Below, in pieces: positions 28,642-38,337 of a stretch of DNA of 64,000 nt. The notes beneath the pieces are model-generated. The model was not told the origin of the DNA. It was given only the letters and a program-made list of their open reading frames with translations, and made no database searches. This DNA is from Candidatus Levyibacteriota bacterium (GTDB lineage Bacteria > Patescibacteriota > Microgenomatia > Levybacterales > UBA12049). The stretch covers positions 64,931-128,930 of the forward strand of contig DAIDHK010000003.1 of assembly GCA_027459725.1 (NCBI GenBank), written 5' to 3'. The stretch's first letter is position 1; the number at the start of each line of letters is the position of its first letter. The translations under genes and the position numbers were made by a program.

Positions 28642-28776
28642 AATCCAGATATGGCAAAACGAAATACGGGACTTAGTAGTCGTCATAAATCACATTCACA
28701 CAAGACTAAAAAAAGACTAGAGAAGAAGAAACAGCATTTGGCTCAACTAGCAGCCAAACGTCGCCACAGCCGTTAA
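28642..28776 (+). CDS. Small, highly basic 44-aa protein (ribosomal-protein-like composition)
   Basis: 'MAKRNTGLSSRHKSHSHKTKKRLEKKKQHLAQLAAKRRHSR'. GGAGG lies 15 nt upstream and a TATAAT lies 5 nt upstream of the ATG. Confidence 0.3.
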   Translation, partial: NPDMAKRNTGLSSRHKSHSHKTKKRLEKKKQHLAQLAAKRRHSR

Positions 28777-28874
28777 ATCATTTGTGTCTATTCAGTCTTA
28801 AACAGTATTACCTTCTTACAGTTAAACTCTATTATCATCTAATTTATTTTACAATAAAATGTTAAAATTCTAAT

Positions 28875-29342
28875 ATGTCAGAGATAGTCTTACCTGGAGA
28901 AAAGCATTTTACGGCATCAGTCTGGATCATAAGTAAAACTAAACCTAAAAAGATATTACTGATTCATCATAAAAAACTCGGCAAATGGCAGCAACCTGGG
29001 GGGCATATTGAAAGATTTGAAAATCCAGTTGAGGCTGCGATCCGTGAAGTAAGAGAAGAAACAGGTTTGGATATCAGTTTCTTGCAAAATGATATTAAGT
29101 TCATTGATGAAGCTGCCAGGATGCTGCCACCGCCAAAATTCTTGATGGAACATACTATTCCAGCAACCACAAAACAGGTTGCTCATTTCCACATTGACAT
29201 TAATTATGTAGTAGAAATTTCTGAACAAGTATTAAAATATCAAGAAAAAGAAGCGCATGGAATTGGATGGTTTACTAAACAGGAAGCTTTGCTGTTAACC
29301 ATTCATGGGGACACACTTAGTATTATCAATCAGCTTTTATAA
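28875..29342 (+). CDS. NUDIX hydrolase
   Basis: Nudix box '[24 protein letters not shown]'. Confidence 0.8.
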   Translation: MSEIVLPGEKHFTASVWIISKTKPKKILLIHHKKLGKWQQPGGHIERFENPVEAAIREVREETGLDISFLQNDIKFIDEAARMLPPPKFLMEHTIPATTKQVAHFHIDINYVVEISEQVLKYQEKEAHGIGWFTKQEALLLTIHGDTLSIINQLL

Positions 29343-29439
29343 TTTCTCCATTCTCTCAAGTTCTTTTTTCTTTCTTACATATTATTAATTAAGACTTACA
29401 TTGAAGTGGAAGTCTGAAAGACAGAAGAAGGAGGAGTTT

Positions 29440-29703
29440 ATGCCGGAGCCAAAGACATTGAAAGACGAAATAGAACAAAAGAAATCAGAGAAAGAACTAA
29501 ATGAAAACTACGATGAGGATTACAGAGGTAAAAGAGAAGAGTATGAGGAATATGAAAAGGAGAATGAAGAGACAGCTAAGGAATATGAGGATAAAGCGGA
29601 AGAATATAAAAAAGAGGTAAATGAATTTGAAGAAGAAGAAGATAAAGAAAAATTGGAGGAGATGGAGAAGGAAATTGAAGAAGCTAAAGACTCGGCAGAG
29701 TAA
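29440..29703 (+). CDS. Acidic low-complexity (E/K-rich) protein
   Basis: Strong Shine-Dalgarno AAGGAGGAG ~5 nt upstream of the ATG at 29440; E/K/Y repeats. Confidence 0.35.
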   Translation: MPEPKTLKDEIEQKKSEKELNENYDEDYRGKREEYEEYEKENEETAKEYEDKAEEYKKEVNEFEEEEDKEKLEEMEKEIEEAKDSAE

Positions 29704-29768
29704 AAAATCGCTTAATTAGTGAGGGATAACTCTAATTTATTGTATTTTGAGAATATATATGTTAAAAA

Positions 29769-30344
29769 ATGTTGTGCCCTATGAAGCGTACTTACATGTT
29801 AATTGTGAGTTTATTAATTATAGTTCTCTTCGTTGCAGGTTTTGATTACTTTACTAAACATTGGCCAATACTAAATCACTCCCATAAAGCTACAGGAGTA
29901 CAAAAGTCTACAACAAATAAAGTAGCCACCCTTGAGGGTACATTAAAAAGTCTATTACTGGCTAACAAAGCGCAAAAATGCACATATTATACCTCTACTG
30001 CGTCAACTATAATTACCGGTAATGTTTATGTTGCAAATAGGAAAATGAAAGGTGATTTTTCAACAGGTAGTCAAGGTATACATATAAATGGACATCTGAT
30101 AATTAATGATAAAAATGCCTATATATGGACAGATTTAAGTAAACAGGGATTTAAGTTCTACTTAGGTGATTTGACAGCTAGTACATCTGCTCAAAATAAT
30201 AATTCACAAGCTCCGAATTTGAATCAGAAGATTAATTACTCTTGCAATAATTGGTCAGTAGACAAGTCCGTCTTTATCCCCCCCACCGATATTACCTTTT
30301 CTAATCTGGCGATTCCTACGAGGGTAACTAGTGGGATGCAATGA
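29769..30344 (+). CDS. Hypothetical secreted or membrane-anchored protein
   Basis: N-terminal TM/signal segment. Confidence 0.45.
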   Translation: MLCPMKRTYMLIVSLLIIVLFVAGFDYFTKHWPILNHSHKATGVQKSTTNKVATLEGTLKSLLLANKAQKCTYYTSTASTIITGNVYVANRKMKGDFSTGSQGIHINGHLIINDKNAYIWTDLSKQGFKFYLGDLTASTSAQNNNSQAPNLNQKINYSCNNWSVDKSVFIPPTDITFSNLAIPTRVTSGMQ

Positions 30345-30569
30345 ATAAGATCGACAATCTTTAACCAGTCTGCAGCTTCTGTGATAAGCAAGCCGTTCGT
30401 GCTTAAGCGTCATAGACGCATTGTAAGAAGGCTACTATTAATTATTTAATCTGACTTTAAAATTAATTATTGAAATCATGCATATATGAATAAATGTCCT
30501 GATTGCTCTGCCAATTAGAAGTCGTAAACTTGTTTACTTACACATACGGCGGAGTTATACAGATTTACA

Positions 30570-30740
30570 TTATCTATCTATTTGCTGTAGTAAGACCTCC
30601 ATCATTCCTTCCAGCTTGCCCACTTTTTCTCTTAACTCCAGCAACTCCTTTAAAATATGAGGAGGGACATCAGGCGGTGCAGGCCTGGGTGGTGGGGAAT
30701 GCTTTGGTTCATGATCTGGGACGGATTTCAATTCTGGCAT
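30570..30740 (-). CDS. Small protein (56 aa) with a Pro-rich N-terminus and a coiled-coil C-terminus
   Basis: Strong Shine-Dalgarno GGAGAAAGGAG upstream on the minus strand; 'MPELKSVPDHEPKHSPPPRPAPPDVPPHILKELLELREKVGKLEGMMEVLLQQIDR'. The overlapping plus-strand ORF 30503-30742 is judged spurious. Confidence 0.35.
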   Translation of the reverse strand: MPELKSVPDHEPKHSPPPRPAPPDVPPHILKELLELREKVGKLEGMMEVLLQQIDR

Positions 30741-30831
30741 AGTCATCTCCTTTCTCCAACTATCTTAATTCTTAATAATGAGAAGTGTGCAATAACTCTG
30801 CAAGGACATATTAATAGAAAAGAGCTTATAG

Positions 30832-30860
30832 TTTGACACCTTCTACAATATAAGATATAA
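30832..30860 (+). promoter_or_regulatory. Perfect consensus sigma70 promoter TTGACA-N17-TATAAT
   Basis: -35 at 30832-30837, 17-nt spacer, -10 at 30855-30860. Confidence 0.45.
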
Positions 30861-31024
30861 TTTGGATCGTTTATATAAGAAAGGCTGCACTTGATTCAGG
30901 CACAATATAATAAAAAAATAAGGACAAGATGTTTAATAGTCAGCAATTTAGCTGAATATTACTTTCACGCTTCTTATTTGCTCATAGAATTGATCAATTG
31001 AGCAATAGAATCAAAGTTTAACTT

Positions 31025-31279
31025 ATGGAAAATAATAGAAATATTTATTCAAGATATTCCTCTCGAATTATGAATTATAATATTGTAGGGTTTAACCAGA
31101 AGGATCCTCATATAGGAACGAAGGTTACTGTATTAGGTAGAGATGGGGAAGTTGTATGGGAAAGAAAAGTTCTAAAGAGAAAGAATGTGTTGGGATTAAG
31201 AGTTCCCCTTCCCTTCTATGACCAACGGCTAAGTTTAGTTTCTTCTAAAGCAAACAGAATTTTAAGAAGTTCAATCTAA
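31025..31279 (+). CDS. Hypothetical small protein (doubtful)
   Basis: 84-aa ORF with no Shine-Dalgarno, downstream of the consensus promoter. Confidence 0.2.
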   Translation: MENNRNIYSRYSSRIMNYNIVGFNQKDPHIGTKVTVLGRDGEVVWERKVLKRKNVLGLRVPLPFYDQRLSLVSSKANRILRSSI

Positions 31280-31452
31280 GTTGTAATTATCAGATTACAC
31301 TATACCTCCATAAATAGACCGTAATTTTTAGAAGTATACTTGCCAACTTTAAATCCCCTAAAACCAATTGAATAAGTTACTATTATAAGGCTGTATACTT
31401 AATAAGTACTCAAATGTTGGAATTTGTAGTACTTTTAATAAAAACTAAAATA

Positions 31453-31481
31453 TTGACAGCTAAACAGGAAATAAGTATAAA
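31453..31481 (+). promoter_or_regulatory. Sigma70-like promoter TTGACA-N17-TATAAA; the predicted start site is ~7 nt before the upp ATG, implying a leaderless or very short leader
   Basis: -35 at 31453-31458, -10 at 31476-31481, ATG at 31495. Confidence 0.4.
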
Positions 31482-31494
31482 TCTTATTGAATAA

Positions 31495-32217
31495 ATGCGA
31501 ATTAAAAGATTAAACAATAAGTCATTAATTATTGAAGTTTTTGATAGTAATGCAGTTAAACAATGGTTGTCGGTCTTGCGCGATGAGAAGACAGATTTAG
31601 AGCAATTCAAAAAGAATGCTGATAATATCGCTTGTGCATTAGGAATTCATTTGGCTGATAAGTTACCAGTTATAACCAGGCAGATTATTACTCCCGTTGG
31701 TAAAACTAAAGGAGAATATGTAGACTCTGCTAAGATTTTACTCGTAGCGATTTTACGTTCTGGTTATCCCATGTGTAAAGCAATTCATGAAGCAATACCG
31801 GGAGCACAGTTAGCTTTGATTGATATCAAAAGAGATGAAACAACTGCTCAACCTCATTTGGGTTATGAAGGGTTGCCGCAAAATTTAGAACAATTTGAAC
31901 AAGTGATCATCCCGGATCCCATGTTAGCTACGGGTGGGTCAGCCTTGATGGTGATTAAAATGTTGAAGCAGCGTAAAGTTAAAAATATTCATCTTATTTC
32001 GATTGTTTCGGCACCTGAAGGACTTAAGCGCGTTAAAAAAATGCATCCCGAAGTAGAAATTACGGTTTGTGCAATTGATAAAGGCTTAAATTCTGCTAAA
32101 TATATTGTGCCTGGTTTGGGGGATTTTGGCGATCGGTATTTTGGCAACGGAACATTGCTAATTACTGATTCAGACGGAACAGATCTATCTTATCATAATG
32201 GTAAGCTAATAAGATAA
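31495..32217 (+). CDS. upp: Uracil phosphoribosyltransferase
   Basis: PRPP-binding 'IIPDPMLATGGSAL' and 'YIVPGLGDFGDRYFG' signatures. Confidence 0.8.
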   Translation: MRIKRLNNKSLIIEVFDSNAVKQWLSVLRDEKTDLEQFKKNADNIACALGIHLADKLPVITRQIITPVGKTKGEYVDSAKILLVAILRSGYPMCKAIHEAIPGAQLALIDIKRDETTAQPHLGYEGLPQNLEQFEQVIIPDPMLATGGSALMVIKMLKQRKVKNIHLISIVSAPEGLKRVKKMHPEVEITVCAIDKGLNSAKYIVPGLGDFGDRYFGNGTLLITDSDGTDLSYHNGKLIR

Positions 32218-32280
32218 TTTAGATAAGGTGGTTTTGTGAGGAGACGATTAGAGAAATTTGTGTTATATTAGAAACACATT

Positions 32281-33189
32281 ATGCAGACGATTAAATTAAA
32301 TAGTGGATATGAAGTGCCGGTCTTGGGTTTGGGAACCTGGCAAGCAGAGCCTCATGTGGTAGGTAATGCTGTGGAAGTAGCATTGATGCAAGCGAATTAC
32401 CGGAATATTGATTGTGCAGCAATCTATGGTAATGAGAAAGAAATAGGCGTGGTGTTTGCCAAAGTTTTTAAAACAGTTAAAAGAGAAGATGTTTTTATAA
32501 CCAGTAAACTTTGGAATACCAACCATCGGCCGGAAAATGTAGAAGAGGCTTGTAAGAAAACACTATCTGACTTACAACTAAAATATTTGGATTTATATTT
32601 AATGCATTGGGGATTAGCTTTTGACCATATTGGAAAGACAAATGTAGAAGGTAAAATAGTGCTGGATAAAGTTTCAATTAAGGACACCTGGGTTGCAATG
32701 GAAAATTTAGTCAAAAAAGGTTTAGTTCATTCAATTGGTGTTGCTAATTTTACGGCTGCACAAATGAATGATCTGCTTAATTATGCCCAGATTAAGCCGG
32801 CCATGAATCAGATTGAACTACATCCGTATAATTCGCAGGAGTCTTTGGTTAGGTACTTGCAGCAAAATGATATCGCAGTTACGGCTTATTCTCCTTTAGG
32901 GCGACAAGGTGTGAAAGAAATCAAAGGTAAAAGGCTGTTTGATGAAGATGTTATTAAAAATATTTCCCTGGCGCATAACAAATCAAGGGGACAGATTTTA
33001 CTTCGCTGGGCAATTCAACGTAATACGATAGCTATACCCAAGAGCACTTCTCCGGAAAGAATTAAAGAGAATATTGATATTTTTGATTTTGAATTGACTG
33101 CAGCAGAGATGCAGCAAATTGGAAGTTTAAATAAAAATCTTCGATTGGTTGATCCTGGTGAGTCCTGGGGATTCCCCTATTTTGCTTAA
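32281..33189 (+). CDS. Aldo/keto reductase family oxidoreductase
   Basis: 'LGLGTWQ', 'DLYLMHW', 'IGVANFTAAQMNDLL', 'IPKSTSPERIKENI'. Confidence 0.85.
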   Translation: MQTIKLNSGYEVPVLGLGTWQAEPHVVGNAVEVALMQANYRNIDCAAIYGNEKEIGVVFAKVFKTVKREDVFITSKLWNTNHRPENVEEACKKTLSDLQLKYLDLYLMHWGLAFDHIGKTNVEGKIVLDKVSIKDTWVAMENLVKKGLVHSIGVANFTAAQMNDLLNYAQIKPAMNQIELHPYNSQESLVRYLQQNDIAVTAYSPLGRQGVKEIKGKRLFDEDVIKNISLAHNKSRGQILLRWAIQRNTIAIPKSTSPERIKENIDIFDFELTAAEMQQIGSLNKNLRLVDPGESWGFPYFA

Positions 33190-33278
33190 ATTCATCTCAA
33201 AATTCAGTATTCTTTAAGGTGCTCACGCAGGGCCTCTCATGTAATTCTCATGTTGATCTTGTATAGTTAGCTCTGCCT

Positions 33279-33716
33279 ATGAAAAAGACAATCATTGCTC
33301 TTGTTGCGGTTTTAATTATTGGAGGATATGTACTATATCAAAATCAAGGTAGATTTTTTTTGATCCTGCTTGCGCAGCATAGATTATCTAATCCTTTTCA
33401 GGGTAATGGTAATACAACCCCGGTAGCTCATGTCAGTTATAAAGATGGAACTTATACCGGGATAGTAGCAGACGCATTTTATGGTAATGTACAGGTGCAA
33501 GCTACTATTTCAGGAAGTAAGATCACTGATGTACAATTTTTACAGTATCCGCATGATGCTTTAAGATCACAGGCAATCAACACACTTGCTATGCCTAATC
33601 TTAGACAGGAGGCTATTACAGCCCAGATCGCTCAGGTCGATGTCGTCTCAGGCGCAACTGATACAAGTAGTGCTTTTGTTCAATCTTTACAGTCAGCTCT
33701 TTCGCAAGCCAAATAA
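33279..33716 (+). CDS. FMN-binding domain protein, membrane-anchored and extracytosolic
   Basis: N-terminal TM helix; 'YKDGTYTGIVADAFYGNVQVQATISGSKITDVQFL' FMN_bind-like motif; paralog of 34513-35094. Confidence 0.6.
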   Translation: MKKTIIALVAVLIIGGYVLYQNQGRFFLILLAQHRLSNPFQGNGNTTPVAHVSYKDGTYTGIVADAFYGNVQVQATISGSKITDVQFLQYPHDALRSQAINTLAMPNLRQEAITAQIAQVDVVSGATDTSSAFVQSLQSALSQAK

Positions 33717-33721
33717 ACCCT

Positions 33722-34507
33722 ATGAAACACACAAAGCTAATTATGGGAATGCCTGTCACTGTGGAAATTATAGATACTAAAGTGAAGTATCATGTTTTTC
33801 AGGAAATATTCAACTATTTCGAATATATTGATAATACTTTCAGTACATATAAAGAGGATAGCGAGATAAGCAAGATTAATCAGGGAAGGTTAGATAAATC
33901 TCAATATAGTCGAGATATGCAAACAATCTTTGATTTAGCTGAAAGAACCAGGCAGGAAACTGAAGGATATTTTGATATTTACCATGAGGGGAAAATTGAT
34001 CCTTCGGGTATTGTTAAGGGGTGGGCGATTTATCAGGCAGCGCTCATTTTGAAACAAAAAGGATTTTCAGATTATTATGTAGAGGCAGGAGGTGACATTC
34101 AGGTGGCAGGCCTTAATAGTCATCACCATGCTTGGATAATAGGCATACGTAATCCTTTTAATCGGGAAGAAGTTATTAAAGTCGTATCCCTAAAGGGTAA
34201 AGGGATAGCGACATCCGGCACATATATTCGTGGTGCCCATATTTATAATCCTCAGGATAGGACTGACAGTTTATCAGACATTGTCAGCTTTACCGTTATT
34301 GGACCTAATGTTTATGAAGCAGACAGATTTGCTACGGCTGCTTTTGCTATGGGTAAAAAGGGGATAAATTTTATAGAAAATTTGTACGGATTTGAGGGTT
34401 ACATGATAGACAAAAGAGGAATCGCAACTATGACTAGTGGATTTAATACTTATGTAGTAATGGATATAGAAAGTTCCAGAGAAAAGAATATAAATTTTGT
34501 TAAATAA
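33722..34507 (+). CDS. apbE: FAD:protein FMN transferase (ApbE family)
   Basis: 'DPSGIVKGWAIYQAALILKQKGFSDYYVEAGGDIQVAG', 'GIATSGTYIRG'. Confidence 0.75.
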   Translation: MKHTKLIMGMPVTVEIIDTKVKYHVFQEIFNYFEYIDNTFSTYKEDSEISKINQGRLDKSQYSRDMQTIFDLAERTRQETEGYFDIYHEGKIDPSGIVKGWAIYQAALILKQKGFSDYYVEAGGDIQVAGLNSHHHAWIIGIRNPFNREEVIKVVSLKGKGIATSGTYIRGAHIYNPQDRTDSLSDIVSFTVIGPNVYEADRFATAAFAMGKKGINFIENLYGFEGYMIDKRGIATMTSGFNTYVVMDIESSREKNINFVK

Positions 34508-34512
34508 AATAT

Positions 34513-35094
34513 ATGGATACTAAAAAAATATTTCTTTCTACAATAGTTATAACAACTTTTCTAGGTTACTCATTCTATGCTAGGGTAAAAGGAATTAATC
34601 AGATGCCAGCACTTGCGCCAGTGACTAATAGTAATAGACAGGCGATGATTAACTCAGTTCCTATTACGCCAACCGTTACCTCTTTTCCGACCACTGCTCC
34701 AACCACATCAGTCAGTTCTAATACAGGTACTCCGACAGCAACTTCTCAGCCGGATACGCCAACACCTACTTCTACTTCTACTCCTACTCCTACTCCAAAA
34801 CCTAGTTCGCAATATAAAGATGGAACTTATACTGGGTCAGTAGAGGATGCATTTTATGGTAGTATTCAAGTACAAGCTACAATTTCGGGTGGGAAAATAA
34901 CTAATATTCAATTTTTGCAGGCACCCAATGATAATGGGACTTCAATTTATATTAACTCACAGGCAGATCCGATGTTGGCTCAAGAAGCAATTCAAGCACA
35001 AAATGCTAATGTAAATATTATTTCCGGGGCATCAGATTCCAGTCAAGCCTTCATGCAGTCTCTGCAGTCTGCTCTCGATCAAGCCAAAAGTTAA
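34513..35094 (+). CDS. FMN-binding domain protein with a Thr/Pro-rich linker, extracytosolic
   Basis: TM anchor, T/P/S linker, 'YKDGTYTGSVEDAFYGSIQVQATISGGKITNIQFL'. Confidence 0.6.
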   Translation: MDTKKIFLSTIVITTFLGYSFYARVKGINQMPALAPVTNSNRQAMINSVPITPTVTSFPTTAPTTSVSSNTGTPTATSQPDTPTPTSTSTPTPTPKPSSQYKDGTYTGSVEDAFYGSIQVQATISGGKITNIQFLQAPNDNGTSIYINSQADPMLAQEAIQAQNANVNIISGASDSSQAFMQSLQSALDQAKS

Positions 35095-35099
35095 ATTAT

Positions 35100-36614
35100 A
35101 TGCAAATCATTGATAACCTTTTAGACAAAATCACCATGTATCGTTTGGTGCTGTATTACCTAATCTTTCTTTTAGTAATAGCACTTTTTTATTCTTTCCT
35201 GGGGATATTACCTTTTTCGCCTGTATCTTTAATCGTTTCAGTCCTTTTTATTTTAGCCATATGTTGGTTAACTAACAAAATATTTGCTAAAACGTTCAGG
35301 GTACCCGCAAATTTTGAGTCTGTGTATATCTCAGCTCTAATTTTAGCATTGATTGTTTCACCGGCCAAAACATGGACAGACTATGCCTTTTTATTTTGGG
35401 CATCAGTACTTGCCATGGCCTCTAAATACATTCTGGCAATAAATAAAAAACATTTATTTAATCCTGTTGCGGTTGCTGTAGCGATTACGGCATTCGTGTC
35501 GGTTGGATCAGCCAGTTGGTGGGTAGGTACAGGCGCAATGCTGCCCTTTTTATTATTAGGTTTTTTGATTGTGCGAAAGATCCGACGTTTTGATTTGGTT
35601 TACTATTTTTTCTTAGCTGTTCTTCTGACTTTGTTTGGGATTACTATTTTACAAGGAGGTAATTTATTCAGTTCAGTAAAAGATGTCTTAGTATCTTCAT
35701 CACTTTTCTTTTTTGCTTTTGTCATGTTGACTGAACCCTTGACTACACCACCGACAAAAAAATTGCAAATTATATACGGGATTTTAGTAGGCATAATGTT
35801 TGTTCCGCAGTTTCATATTGGTACTTTTTATACAACTCCGGAAATAGCATTGGTGCTAGGAAACTTATATGTCTACGTGGTAAGCCCGAAGTTTAAGATT
35901 ATGACAACCCTAAAACAAAAACTGCAGGTTGCACCCGATATGATTGATTTTTTATTTGTCCCTCAGGGTAAATTTAATTTTGTTCCTGGACAATACATGG
36001 AATGGACAATTCCACATGCAAATCCTGATAGTAGAGGAAATAGAAGATATTTCACATTGGCATCTTCACCCACAGAAAGTGTGCAAAGACTTGGTATTAG
36101 ATTCTATCCTAATGGCAGTAGCTTAAAAAAAGCCATGTTAGCAATGAATTCCACAACACCTTTGATTGGTAATCAAATAAGTGGAGATTTTACACTTCCC
36201 GATGATCCAAATAAAAAACTAGTTTTTATGGCAGGAGGAATCGGTATTACGCCATTTCGAAGTATGCTTAAATATTTAGTCGACACAAATCAGAAAAGAC
36301 CTATCATTATGTTTTACAGTAATAAATTGTATAACGAAATTATTTATACGGATGTTTTTAATGATGCCTATTCTAAGTTAGGTATAAAAACTGTTTATAC
36401 TTTAACCGATAAAAATAAAATCCCGGCTAACTGGAGGGGAAGAGTGGGGCGTATTGACTCTAAAATGATAGCCCAGGAAGTACCTGATTATAAAGAAAGA
36501 ACATTTTATCTTTCAGGGTCTCATTCCATGGTAGTTGGGCATGAAGAAACGTTAAGAAGTATGGGTATACAGGAAAAACAGATTAAGAAAGATTTTTTCC
36601 CGGGTTTTGCTTAA
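35100..36614 (+). CDS. Membrane-bound oxidoreductase: N-terminal polytopic domain fused to a ferredoxin-NADP-reductase-like FAD/NAD(P)-binding domain
   Basis: ~6 N-terminal TM helices; FAD motif 'RRYFTLASSP'; NAD(P) motif 'MAGGIGITPFRSML'. Confidence 0.6.
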   Translation: MQIIDNLLDKITMYRLVLYYLIFLLVIALFYSFLGILPFSPVSLIVSVLFILAICWLTNKIFAKTFRVPANFESVYISALILALIVSPAKTWTDYAFLFWASVLAMASKYILAINKKHLFNPVAVAVAITAFVSVGSASWWVGTGAMLPFLLLGFLIVRKIRRFDLVYYFFLAVLLTLFGITILQGGNLFSSVKDVLVSSSLFFFAFVMLTEPLTTPPTKKLQIIYGILVGIMFVPQFHIGTFYTTPEIALVLGNLYVYVVSPKFKIMTTLKQKLQVAPDMIDFLFVPQGKFNFVPGQYMEWTIPHANPDSRGNRRYFTLASSPTESVQRLGIRFYPNGSSLKKAMLAMNSTTPLIGNQISGDFTLPDDPNKKLVFMAGGIGITPFRSMLKYLVDTNQKRPIIMFYSNKLYNEIIYTDVFNDAYSKLGIKTVYTLTDKNKIPANWRGRVGRIDSKMIAQEVPDYKERTFYLSGSHSMVVGHEETLRSMGIQEKQIKKDFFPGFA

Positions 36615-37584
36615 GCGGTAAGATTACTGAAACAGTTGTCTCTTTTTCTTCAACTGAAATTATATTAATTTTACCTTGATGCATATCTACTATTTGTTTA
36701 GCGATTGAAAGTCCTAATCCATATCCCTTTTCTGATCGGGAAGGATCAATACGATAAAAACGATCAAAAATCTTTTCCAGTTCTTTTTTAGGAATACCGA
36801 TACCGCTGTTGCTGATTATAACTACTGCTGACTTTTCATCATAATTTATCTTAACTTTAATATTGGCCTTTACCGGTGAATACTTGATGGCATTATCCAG
36901 TAAATTAGAAAAAAGCCTATTTAGTAAGTGACTATTACCCTGAATTATGATATTTTTTTGAGGAGGGGTAAGAGATATAATTTGATTCTTAGTGTCAGCT
37001 CTCTTTTGTAATAATGCAATCCGAGCACTTAGTAAATCTATCAAATCAATCTTTTCTTGTAAAGCAGATCGATGTTGGTCTTCTCTATTAATAAATAACA
37101 GGTTTTCTACTAATGCGATTAAATCATCGACCTCTTCCTTATTACTTTTTAAGGTTTTTTCATAATCAGACAAGGTTCTTTTTTTGCGTAAGGAAAGTTC
37201 TATATCTGCACTAATAATTGACAAAGGAGTACGTAGATCATGTGAAGCATCAGTTAGGAACTGTTTTTCTCTGGCATGAGCAGCTTGTATAGGCGCCAAT
37301 GTTCGACCGGTTAAGAACCAAGTTATAATAGGAATTGTAAATAATAACCCGAAATCAATTAACAAAATAATGTTTTTTAATTCATCCATGATAACATCCA
37401 GGGGAGGCTCTCGTTTCGGGACTTCCTGATCAATAGATTGTGAGTAATTATGATGTTTTATAAATGAACTGTCCCCAAAAAACTGGTTCATCCAAAAATA
37501 AATCCCACCAGTTAAACTCCAGAACAGGACTAGAAAAATGATAGAATATAACACACTTAGTTTAATTCTGGCTGTATGAAACAT
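36583..37584 (-). CDS. Two-component sensor histidine kinase
   Basis: Two TM helices, H-box 'DASHDLRTPL', ATPase 'NAIKYSP...GYGLGLSI'. Confidence 0.8.
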   Translation of the reverse strand: MFHTARIKLSVLYSIIFLVLFWSLTGGIYFWMNQFFGDSSFIKHHNYSQSIDQEVPKREPPLDVIMDELKNIILLIDFGLLFTIPIITWFLTGRTLAPIQAAHAREKQFLTDASHDLRTPLSIISADIELSLRKKRTLSDYEKTLKSNKEEVDDLIALVENLLFINREDQHRSALQEKIDLIDLLSARIALLQKRADTKNQIISLTPPQKNIIIQGNSHLLNRLFSNLLDNAIKYSPVKANIKVKINYDEKSAVVIISNSGIGIPKKELEKIFDRFYRIDPSRSEKGYGLGLSIAKQIVDMHQGKINIISVEEKETTVSVILPLKQNPGKNLS

Positions 37585-37594
37585 AGAAATATAT

Positions 37595-38275
37595 TTAGTT
37601 TGCTTTTGTTTTTAAAATATATCCTAACCCACGTACCGTATGAATAAGTTCATGTGAACTTTTGTCCGTTTTCAATTTCTGTCGTAGATATTTAATATAA
37701 GTTTCCACTATGTTGGATAATCCTTCATACTGATAATCCCAGACATGTTCTAATAGTCGCGTTTTAGACAAAACTGTATTAGGATTACGCATGAAATACT
37801 CCAATAAGGCATATTCTCTGGCAGTTAAATTAAGATTTCTATTATTTCTTTTGACTTCTTTTGTGGCAGGATTCAAGACTAAGTCTGCGAGTTGTAAAAT
37901 TACCGGTTCAGTTTTGTTTCCACGTCGTAGAAGAGCTCTAATACGGGCTGAAATCTCGGTAAAGGAGAACGGTTTTGTTACATAATCATCAGCACCAGCG
38001 TCCAACCCCTCTATTTTATCTTCTATAGCATCTCTGGCCGTAAGCATCAGGATGGGGGTATGTATATTTTTTTCACGTATCTTTTTACAAAGAGTAAAAC
38101 CATCCATTTTGGGCAACATGATATCCATAATAATCAAGTCATAGGAATTGATCATGACTTTTTCCCACCCCTCTTCGCCATCTTTGGCCAGATCTACGCT
38201 ATAGGAATCTTCCATCAGACCCTGGCGTAAAATATGAGCAATTTTTGTCTCATCTTCAATAATCAAAATCTGCAT
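37595..38275 (-). CDS. OmpR-family response regulator
   Basis: Receiver domain 'ILIIEDE...DLIIMDIMLP'; winged-helix 'LTAREYALLEYFM...VRGLGY'. Confidence 0.85.
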   Translation of the reverse strand: MQILIIEDETKIAHILRQGLMEDSYSVDLAKDGEEGWEKVMINSYDLIIMDIMLPKMDGFTLCKKIREKNIHTPILMLTARDAIEDKIEGLDAGADDYVTKPFSFTEISARIRALLRRGNKTEPVILQLADLVLNPATKEVKRNNRNLNLTAREYALLEYFMRNPNTVLSKTRLLEHVWDYQYEGLSNIVETYIKYLRQKLKTDKSSHELIHTVRGLGYILKTKAN

Positions 38276-38337
38276 ACTCTTATTATAAGCTAAACATTTA
38301 TTTTGTTAAAGCTAAATAAAATGATACAATTATTATT

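Noticed and set aside
30503-30742. 79-aa plus-strand ORF
   Set aside because: Overlaps a minus-strand small ORF that has a textbook Shine-Dalgarno. The plus-strand product is hydrophobic and low-complexity with no start context
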